Below are positions 56,660 to 63,541 of a stretch of DNA of 64,000 bases, in pieces (the first letter of the stretch is position 1; each line of letters begins with the position of its first letter). Origin of the DNA: a virus (Duplodnaviria; Heunggongvirae; Uroviricota; Caudoviricetes). The notes under the pieces were generated by a model that worked only from the letters and a program-made list of their open reading frames with translations, did no database searches and was not told the DNA's origin. The stretch is from the IMG/VR virus record IMGVR_UViG_3300032330_001609, positions 69,975 to 133,974 of that record; one strand, 5' to 3'. Position numbers and translations under genes: made by a program.

Positions 56660-57030
56660 TGGAGGACGTAACTAAAGATAAAGATAATATTATTTTATTG
56701 GTAATCATTGCCGGTTTAATTGGTTGGAATCTTTTTATGACCAACACAATTAAAACTGATGTTAAAGGTTATGAGAAAAGAATCGAGACTATTCAAACAA
56801 AAGTAGACTCTGCTAAAGTAATAAATGAACAAATTGATGATAAAGTTGGTGAAGTTAAAGAAAATGTTACAACCATAACAAATGAGATTCACCACATAGA
56901 TAAAAATATAACGGTTATAAAAAAACAGACAGATGAAAAAGTTAATAGTATTGATACTATTCCTGACAGTGAGCTTGAATTGTTTTTCACAAACAAGTAC
57001 GAACAACCAATCCCAAAAACAGGTAAGTAG
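56659..57030 (+). CDS. N-terminally anchored periplasmic coiled-coil protein (i-spanin-like topology)
   Basis: TM IILLVIIAGLIGWNLFM followed by heptad repeats. Confidence 0.6.
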   Translation: MEDVTKDKDNIILLVIIAGLIGWNLFMTNTIKTDVKGYEKRIETIQTKVDSAKVINEQIDDKVGEVKENVTTITNEIHHIDKNITVIKKQTDEKVNSIDTIPDSELELFFTNKYEQPIPKTGK

Positions 57031-57373
57031 TGACACAACAAGAGTTAAATTAAAACCTTCCACCGCTAGATTGGCAATTAAAGATATTGTTAAAGGTGAA
57101 GGATGTGAACAAGAATTAAAATTAACTCAAGAGAAGGTTATTAAATTAGAGGAAAGAGAAAATCAAAAAGATACCATCATCTCATTATTAGAGTCTAAAG
57201 ATAAAAATAACCAATTTATTATTAGTCAACAAGGATTACAAATTGATGAATTTAGAAATATGACTAATGATTTGAAAAAAGAAATTAAACGGGCAAATGT
57301 TAAAACATTCTTATATAAAGTTGGAACATTTGTTGGGGTTTTGACAACCTCATATTTATTAATAGTTAGGTAA
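56933..57373 (+). CDS. Secreted coiled-coil protein with signal peptide and C-terminal TM, overlapping the previous gene by 98 nt
   Basis: MKKLIVLILFLTVSLNCFS/Q signal peptide; heptads; C-terminal VGTFVGVLTTSYLLIV. Confidence 0.7.
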   Translation: MKKLIVLILFLTVSLNCFSQTSTNNQSQKQVSSDTTRVKLKPSTARLAIKDIVKGEGCEQELKLTQEKVIKLEERENQKDTIISLLESKDKNNQFIISQQGLQIDEFRNMTNDLKKEIKRANVKTFLYKVGTFVGVLTTSYLLIVR

Positions 57374-57375
57374 TT

Positions 57376-57621
57376 ATGGCATTAACTACAAGTGAGAAAA
57401 AAGATATTGAAGTGATGATTCGTAAAGAAATTAAAGATTTTTTTGGGAGTAACACTATGCAACAATATGAAAATAAACTAATAGACGCTATTTCCAAAGA
57501 ACTTAAACGAGGGAAACTTGAAGGTGATGTTAAAGAAATTGCATTACGAATGTTTAGAGAGTTTTATCAATTTATGTGGATGAATAGAAGTTATTGGGAA
57601 CCAAGACTTAAAAACGCGTAA
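57376..57621 (+). CDS. Hypothetical protein, 81 aa
   Basis: Tiles the operon. Confidence 0.7.
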   Translation: MALTTSEKKDIEVMIRKEIKDFFGSNTMQQYENKLIDAISKELKRGKLEGDVKEIALRMFREFYQFMWMNRSYWEPRLKNA

Positions 57622-57624
57622 TCT

Positions 57625-58587
57625 ATGTCAACTAATATTCCAAGTTTAAAAGATGCTGTAGGTAAAGAAATCGCTAAAACTAATGTATTTGGTAGTGGTA
57701 TTGAAGGAGCAACAGCTGCAGCAGAAATGTTACAAACTTTACCGGAGAATGAATCTGATAAAAAAAATAAAAAATTAAATATGAATAAGAAACCGTTAAA
57801 GAAAGGGGTCTCTAATAAAATAGTTGGTACAACAAAACTTAAAACCCCTGTAGGTAAGTTAACAACAGGATTACCAATAATGGGTGAGGATAAAAGTGCT
57901 AAGTCACAATTTAAGAAAGATTTACAATCGGATAAAGACTTTAAGATGTATAAACAAAATGATAATGAGTTTGGAACACCAAACGTAACAGTAAGTGACC
58001 CTTTCATTAAAAAAGATAGATACAAACGAGTTGGTAAAGAAGAAAGTAAAGAGAGTACCGGTTCAGGTTCTGCGGGTGGATTCTCAGCACCATTATTTTC
58101 AACAACCAAAAAAGAAATGGAAGAAGATTGTTGGAAAGGATATAAAGAAGTTGGTGGTAAAAAGAAAAATGGTAAAATGGTACCTAATTGTGTTAAAGAA
58201 GAAAAAGAAGAATATTGTGATTCTTGTGATAGAGTAAAATCTAAGTGTATTTGTGGTGAGACTAAAAAAGTTGAAGCTACTGAAGCTACAGGTTCAGGGT
58301 CTTCAGGTTCTTATGAAACAACCGCGGCTTGGGCAAAATCAACAAGTAAAAAAGATTGGAGAGGTAAGTCGAAAACACAAATCCCGGGTGGTAAATTCGT
58401 TCAAGTTAAAAAGAAATGTAAAAAATTTCCATACTGTAATCAAGGTGATATAAAGGCATTAAAGATTTTTGAGAATGAAAAAGTTAAAAAAGCAATTAAA
58501 AATATCAGTGAAAGACACAATATAAGTGAGAACGTAATCAAAACAATTATTGCTTATGAGTATGAAAATACATTTCCAAAGAAATAA
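57625..58587 (+). CDS. Lys-rich hypothetical protein, possibly head-associated
   Basis: Duplicated E.xE.TGSGS.G motif; CWKGYK...VPNCV and KKCKKFPYC Cys motifs. Confidence 0.7.
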   Translation: MSTNIPSLKDAVGKEIAKTNVFGSGIEGATAAAEMLQTLPENESDKKNKKLNMNKKPLKKGVSNKIVGTTKLKTPVGKLTTGLPIMGEDKSAKSQFKKDLQSDKDFKMYKQNDNEFGTPNVTVSDPFIKKDRYKRVGKEESKESTGSGSAGGFSAPLFSTTKKEMEEDCWKGYKEVGGKKKNGKMVPNCVKEEKEEYCDSCDRVKSKCICGETKKVEATEATGSGSSGSYETTAAWAKSTSKKDWRGKSKTQIPGGKFVQVKKKCKKFPYCNQGDIKALKIFENEKVKKAIKNISERHNISENVIKTIIAYEYENTFPKK

Positions 58588-58602
58588 ACTTGAAAACTAA
58601 TA

Positions 58603-58609
58603 TATTTAT
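58603..58609 (+). promoter_or_regulatory. TATTTAT motif
   Basis: Intergenic, upstream of ATG 58625. Confidence 0.5.
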
Positions 58610-58624
58610 AATAAAAACAATAAA

Positions 58625-59911
58625 ATGAAAAAATTAAATACAACTTATTTAGATAATTTAGTGTCTAAGATTCTAAAGGAAACGTTAGAAGAAAGAGCTG
58701 ACAGTATCGTGTCTAAAATCAAATCAGAATCTGCTGACGGTCAAATTTGTGAATGTGGTGGTCAAATGTATGAAGGTAAATGTAACGAATGTGGTAGTAT
58801 GTATGAGGATATGAGTGAAGGTATATATGATGTTGAAGACATCGATAATTCAGAAGAATTTGACTATGTTCAAGAGGATATGGTAATGGGTGATTCGGAT
58901 GATGAAGAATTGGATTCTAAAAACTCTGACGCTTGTAAATATCATATGGAAAGTCCTGATTTTGGACCGGAACACGAAAGAACTAAAAAATTCTGTGGTT
59001 CAGATATGAATGAAGCTTTAAAAGGTCGTCAAAGAAGATTAGATAAAAACAAAAACAATAAGATTGATGCTGAGGATTTTAAAATGTTAAGACAAGGTAA
59101 AAAAACTGAAACTGACGAAGGTAACGCATTTTCAGGAGCTTTGGCTAACGCTAAAAAAAGTGGTGAGGATTCTTTTGAAGTGGATGGTAAAAAATATCAG
59201 GTTAAAGAATCGTATAGATTAACTGAATCTGAATTAGTTTCAATGATTGAAAAAATTGTAAAAGAACAAAAAACTGAGACGGTTGAAAAAACTAAAGAGA
59301 GTAAATTAAAACCGATTGGAGGAACTCCTAAAGGTTACTCAGCATATGAAAAGGCTCATAAAGGTTCAGGTAAAGAAAATGATGATAATATCAAAGCGGT
59401 TACTAAGAAAATGAATGAGTATCTTAAAGATGGTTCTAAAGGTGATTATGATATGAACCCTAAAATGTTTCCTAAAGGAAATGGTGAAATAGAAAAAATG
59501 AAGAAAAAAGCATATATACCATCTAAAGCGGTTGAAGAGTTTACTGATAATTTAACAGCTGCGGCGTTAGAGAATCTTGATTATGATGAAATTCACCCAA
59601 ATGAAGAATGGGTTGATAACAATATTGTAGGTTCATCTAAAACCGGTAATAACCCTGAATGGGCTAACACAGGTGAATCGGATGTTAATAAAAAACGTAA
59701 AGAAATTAAAGATAAAAATTTATTAGCTAAGATTAAGAGAAAAGCTTACAATAAGGCACCTCAACCAATTGTTAGTGATAAGTCAGGTGAAGATGCTAGT
59801 GATAAATTAATGACCAAATTAGAATCGACAACTGATAAAAAACAAAAACAAATTAGTGAAGAATTTAGTAGAATGAAATCATTAATTGGGTATAATAGAA
59901 AAACTCAATAA
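58625..59911 (+). CDS. Charged modular protein, possibly scaffold/internal head protein
   Basis: LVSKILKE, LTESELVSMIEKIVKEQ and EEFSRMKSLIGY helices; CECG...CNECG; EF-hand-like DKNKNNKIDAED. Confidence 0.7.
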   Translation: MKKLNTTYLDNLVSKILKETLEERADSIVSKIKSESADGQICECGGQMYEGKCNECGSMYEDMSEGIYDVEDIDNSEEFDYVQEDMVMGDSDDEELDSKNSDACKYHMESPDFGPEHERTKKFCGSDMNEALKGRQRRLDKNKNNKIDAEDFKMLRQGKKTETDEGNAFSGALANAKKSGEDSFEVDGKKYQVKESYRLTESELVSMIEKIVKEQKTETVEKTKESKLKPIGGTPKGYSAYEKAHKGSGKENDDNIKAVTKKMNEYLKDGSKGDYDMNPKMFPKGNGEIEKMKKKAYIPSKAVEEFTDNLTAAALENLDYDEIHPNEEWVDNNIVGSSKTGNNPEWANTGESDVNKKRKEIKDKNLLAKIKRKAYNKAPQPIVSDKSGEDASDKLMTKLESTTDKKQKQISEEFSRMKSLIGYNRKTQ

Positions 59912-59939
59912 TTTACATACGAATAATATAACTTATCAT
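59912..59939 (+). promoter_or_regulatory. Candidate host-type promoter
   Basis: TTTACA-N16-TATCAT immediately after the stop at 59911. Confidence 0.4.
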
Positions 59940-59966
59940 TTCTCCATAGACGAACTCTATGGAGAA
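59940..59966 (+). promoter_or_regulatory. 11-bp hairpin enclosing the start codon of 59959..60426
   Basis: TTCTCCATAGA-CGAAC-TCTATGGAGAA perfect inverted repeat. Confidence 0.7.
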
Positions 59967-60426
59967 TTTTTTTAACTACATATCAAAACCCTTAACACCG
60001 GAAGACGTTGACGTTTGGTTCCGAGTGAACAATATGATTCCCGAAAAGATGGAGTTGTATTCTGATTTTGCACATTCAATTAATATTTTGATTTTAGAGA
60101 CTTATTTGGGGGAAAATGATTTACCTAATGAAACCAAAATTATATTGTCGGAAAACGATAATAAAAACCATTTTGATTGGTGTTGGAATAAAGTAATTGA
60201 AAATTTCAAAAGAGAAGGTATTAATTTTAATAACACCGGTGAACATTACGATTATTTTTATGATTTTTTTGGTGAAGTTTTTTATCATCAAAAAAATGAA
60301 AAAGTTAAAACCTCTATCGGTAAGTTCTTCAAAGAATTATTTAATGTAAAAAAATCATTTACAAAATCTGATATTGATATGGTCTCGGCAATATATAAAG
60401 TGTTGGATAAAAATCTAAAAAAGTAA
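59959..60426 (+). CDS. Hypothetical protein, 155 aa
   Basis: Aromatic-rich helical ORF filling the gap. Confidence 0.75.
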   Translation: MENFFNYISKPLTPEDVDVWFRVNNMIPEKMELYSDFAHSINILILETYLGENDLPNETKIILSENDNKNHFDWCWNKVIENFKREGINFNNTGEHYDYFYDFFGEVFYHQKNEKVKTSIGKFFKELFNVKKSFTKSDIDMVSAIYKVLDKNLKK

Positions 60427-60509
60427 AAAAATCCGTTATAGTGTTTACTATAACATAAAAAAAATTACTTTATACATAATAACATAAATTAAAAAAAACT
60501 GAATTTAAG

Positions 60510-60686
60510 ATGGAAACATTAGAAAAAATTAAGTCTTTAACTGAAGAATTATCTGTTGATACTACAAAATTCTTTGGTGGAAACAAAAGCGCTGGAACAA
60601 GAGCTAGAAAATCTGCACAAGAGTTGAAAAAATTATTAGATACTCTAAGAAAAGAGATTTTATCAGAAAGAAAAGGTGAAGAGTAA
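60510..60686 (+). CDS. Histone H1-like Hc1 family protein, 58 aa (below the ORF-track cutoff)
   Basis: Translated by hand: METLEKIKSLTEELSVDTTKFFGGNKSAGTRARKSAQELKKLLDTLRKEILSERKGEE; GNKxAxxRxRK is the Hc1 signature. Confidence 0.8.
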   Translation: METLEKIKSLTEELSVDTTKFFGGNKSAGTRARKSAQELKKLLDTLRKEILSERKGEE

Positions 60687-60874
60687 TGAATAATATTGAT
60701 ACAATTTATTTATTTGTATTCATTTTTTCACTATTGACGGTTTTAAGAACCATCGCTAGGATAATGAGTTCCCTATTTTCTAACCCCCCAAAGAAATTTG
60801 AGTGGTATAGAGGGGAACTTGTATATCTTGGATTAGCAATAACATATTGTTTAACCTATTTAATACAAAAATAA
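60686..60874 (+). CDS. Small two-TM membrane protein
   Basis: IYLFVFIFSLLTVL and LVYLGLAITYCLTYLI; coupled start (TAATG). Confidence 0.65.
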   Translation: MNNIDTIYLFVFIFSLLTVLRTIARIMSSLFSNPPKKFEWYRGELVYLGLAITYCLTYLIQK

Positions 60875-60876
60875 TT

Positions 60877-61305
60877 ATGAGTTTATATAAAGAATTTTCT
60901 TCGTTGTTACCTTATCTACAATCGGTTAGAAAATTAGAGAGTTACTTGAGTTTTGATGTTAGTTTTCCGACAACTTGGAAACTACCAAAAAAATTCGTAG
61001 ATGAAGAAAAAGTGATGGAACAAACTAGCAAGATGGAGGGTCACAGATTTTTTTCATTTGTTGCTGAGATTAGTGAAGAATCTGTTGAGTTGTTAAGTAA
61101 TAACTTGAAAAGTATTATTAAGTACAATCACGATAGAGAAGAAAAAGAAAGATTATTCCAAAATAAAGTTGAGGAACTTAAAAATATTTTTGAGAAACAA
61201 GATTTAACAAGTTTGAAAAACCTTAACTTTGAATTAAAGACGGGTAAAATTGAATTAGAAGATGAAGAAGAAGGTATTGAAAGAGTTGGAGTTACTGGAA
61301 AATGA
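60877..61305 (+). CDS. Hypothetical protein with C-terminal coiled coil
   Basis: ATG 60877 follows the previous stop and is preferred to TTG 60847. Confidence 0.7.
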   Translation: MSLYKEFSSLLPYLQSVRKLESYLSFDVSFPTTWKLPKKFVDEEKVMEQTSKMEGHRFFSFVAEISEESVELLSNNLKSIIKYNHDREEKERLFQNKVEELKNIFEKQDLTSLKNLNFELKTGKIELEDEEEGIERVGVTGK

Positions 61306-61459
61306 CTCAATAAAGAGTCAAATACAGCTCCAACAAGAAAAAGAAAAAATAATAAACGAGTTGAAGAAACTCAAGAAAGAAGATATACTTCCGAAAGCAC
61401 CGGAACCACCTAAAAAATTAACATTATGGGAGAGAATCAAAAAAGTATTGATGGAATAA
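61262..61459 (+). CDS. Small charged helical protein, 65 aa
   Basis: Own ATG; overlaps both neighbours. Confidence 0.55.
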   Translation: MKKKVLKELELLENDSIKSQIQLQQEKEKIINELKKLKKEDILPKAPEPPKKLTLWERIKKVLME

Positions 61460-61677
61460 TTGAAAAGTTGGCTTTAATTGCAGATGGATTAGAAGAGTTA
61501 TTTCCTGATGGTACAATTGCGGTAGCGTTAGAACTTAAAGAACCTGAGTTTAAGAAAGTTCAAAAAAATTTTAGAACAATAGACCACTCTCACAAACAAT
61601 TTAAGATTGATTTGTCGGGTGTTGAATTTATGTTTTTACTAAATGAGTCGTCGACTGACGATGTAGATAATTCTTAG
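61426..61677 (+). CDS. Hypothetical protein, 83 aa
   Basis: Own ATG; 3' end overlaps the convergent gene. Confidence 0.6.
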   Translation: MGENQKSIDGIIEKLALIADGLEELFPDGTIAVALELKEPEFKKVQKNFRTIDHSHKQFKIDLSGVEFMFLLNESSTDDVDNS

Positions 61678-62269
61678 AAAATCCTTTACTGATTAACAAA
61701 TCATAAAGGTATTTTCTTTGGGTTGTTGTGTAATCCTTCACAAAAATACAATCATTTCTTTTATCGTCCATAAATTTTTCGGATATAGTATCAATAAATC
61801 TTGACGCATCACTTTCATTTTTCAAAGTAATTAAATTAAATGTGTCATCATTTTGGACGATAATTTTATTATGTAACTTTGAAACTAATTTAAACCCGGT
61901 AGGGTCCAAATATAACTTAATAAACTCCTGTGAGTTTATTTTTTTGTTTGTAGTGGTATCTAGTATAAGTTCTTCTGTTTTATATTTAGATATTGAACTG
62001 ATGGTATAATCGTCATCCTCTAAACTAACTTTTACACGTCTTCCTAATTCATCTTTTAAGAATATAGGTAAGAAAGTCCCGGAAGTTTTTTCTAACAATG
62101 CTAGTTCATAACTACATAATGAACCATTTTCATATTCCTTTTCAAATAGAACATTATCACTTTCGGATAATAAACTTTCATAAAATTCATTTGCTCGTTT
62201 ATGAGTTTTGAATTTATTGATTATTTTCTTTTTTATCTTATTTTTGAATAATACTATTTGATAGTTCAT
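61628..62269 (-). CDS. Hypothetical protein, 213 aa
   Basis: Long minus-strand ORF divergent from dnaJ. Confidence 0.75.
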   Translation of the reverse strand: MNYQIVLFKNKIKKKIINKFKTHKRANEFYESLLSESDNVLFEKEYENGSLCSYELALLEKTSGTFLPIFLKDELGRRVKVSLEDDDYTISSISKYKTEELILDTTTNKKINSQEFIKLYLDPTGFKLVSKLHNKIIVQNDDTFNLITLKNESDASRFIDTISEKFMDDKRNDCIFVKDYTTTQRKYLYDLLISKGFSKNYLHRQSTTHLVKT

Positions 62270-62287
62270 AATAATAAATTAGTTTTA
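62257..62287 (+). promoter_or_regulatory. Candidate host-type promoter for dnaJ
   Basis: TTTG-N19-TAGTTTTA. Confidence 0.35.
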
Positions 62288-62309
62288 TATTAAATATAAG
62301 TAAACAAGT

Positions 62310-63224
62310 ATGGAGAATTTTTATCAGACATTAGGTGTTAGTGAAAATGCAACTCAAGATGAGATTAAGAAGGCTTACCGAAAATTGGCGGTAGAACATC
62401 ATCCGGATAAAGGTGGGGATGAGAATAAGTTTAAGAAAATATCTGAAGCTTATGATACAATAGGTGACGAAACAAAACGAAGTCAATATGACAACCAACG
62501 TTCTAATCCGTTTGGTGGAGGTTTTGACCCGTTTGGTGGTGGATTTAATCCATTTGGTGATATGTTTAGTGGTCAACAAAGAAAACGTGCGGTACCGGAT
62601 AAAATTGTTGATGTGACTATTGGTGTGTTTGAAAGTTATAATGGTTCAGATAAGACAATTTCATATTCTCGTAATCATATGTGTGGGGATTGTTCGGGAA
62701 CCGGTGGAGACAAAGTAAATTGTACTGTATGTAGTGGTTCAGGTTTTATCGTTCAAAGAATGGGAACCGGAATGTTCAGTCAGGTATTTAGACAAACTTG
62801 TAATAGTTGTGCGGGTAGAGGATTTAATTTTACTAAAATTTGTGGTGGATGTAGTGGTAATGGAGTTAAAAGTTCCGTGGATAGTATTACGATTAAATTA
62901 CCTCACGGAATTGACGACGGACAATTTTTAAGACTTCAAAATAAAGGAGATTGGAAAGATAATATGTATGGTAATTTAGTCCTTAGAATTAGAGTTCAAT
63001 CAGAAAAGAATTTTACTAAGAATGGTGATGATTTAATTTATGATGCTTACTTTAGTTTAAATGATTTGAAGAAAGATACTTTAGAAATACCACATCCAAA
63101 AGGGAATATATCAATAAAACTACCAAACCATTTTGATAGTTCAAAACCCCTTAGAGTTAAATCCAAAGGGTTTAATAACGGAGATATGTATATCAATCAG
63201 TTTATTGTATTTGATAGGTCTTAA
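62310..63224 (+). CDS. dnaJ: DnaJ co-chaperone (J domain, G/F region, four CxxCxGxG repeats, C-terminal domain)
   Basis: FYQTLGV...IKKAYRKLA..HHPDK; GGGFDPF; CGDCSGTG, CTVCSGSG, CNSCAGRG, CGGCSGNG. Confidence 0.95.
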   Translation: MENFYQTLGVSENATQDEIKKAYRKLAVEHHPDKGGDENKFKKISEAYDTIGDETKRSQYDNQRSNPFGGGFDPFGGGFNPFGDMFSGQQRKRAVPDKIVDVTIGVFESYNGSDKTISYSRNHMCGDCSGTGGDKVNCTVCSGSGFIVQRMGTGMFSQVFRQTCNSCAGRGFNFTKICGGCSGNGVKSSVDSITIKLPHGIDDGQFLRLQNKGDWKDNMYGNLVLRIRVQSEKNFTKNGDDLIYDAYFSLNDLKKDTLEIPHPKGNISIKLPNHFDSSKPLRVKSKGFNNGDMYINQFIVFDRS

Positions 63225-63442
63225 TAACCAAAATATTGAAGTAGGTCTTTAACTAATTTAATAGTCCCATAAATTGTTGCAAATAAAAAATAAACAGATA
63301 TAAGTATTAGAATTTTTTGAGTTTTTCTAACTTGTTGTTCCGCTTCTTTACCTGTTTTGCAAGTTTTACAGTTTTTAGGTTGATTTTGTGTTAGATTGAT
63401 GTCTTTTTCTTCAATAATCTGTGCGTCAATTGGTTCTTTCAT
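63221..63442 (-). CDS. Small membrane protein with CxxC
   Basis: CKTCK then TM ILILISVYFLFATIYG. Confidence 0.65.
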   Translation of the reverse strand: MKEPIDAQIIEEKDINLTQNQPKNCKTCKTGKEAEQQVRKTQKILILISVYFLFATIYGTIKLVKDLLQYFGY

Positions 63443-63495
63443 AATGATATAATTTAATATTATAAAATATAATAAAAATTTTTTGAATGTGAAAC

Positions 63496-63525
63496 TTGCT
63501 TTTTCACTTTTTATTTCGTATATTT
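63496..63525 (+). promoter_or_regulatory. Candidate host-type promoter
   Basis: TTG-N19-TATATTTA before ATG 63542. Confidence 0.45.
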
Positions 63526-63541
63526 AAAAAAAAGAAAAATT

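Noticed and set aside
60877-61459. Programmed frameshift joining 60877..61305 and 61262..61459
   Set aside because: No convincing slippery heptamer with a downstream structure; the second ORF has its own ATG and similar overlaps are common here
1308-62931. Short antisense or alternate-frame ORFs in the track (e.g. 1308..1607, 5195..5512, 7533..7838, 45707..46018, 54666..55244, 56716..57063, 57591..58109)
   Set aside because: They lie wholly within well-supported genes, mirror their codon bias or repeats, and show no family motifs
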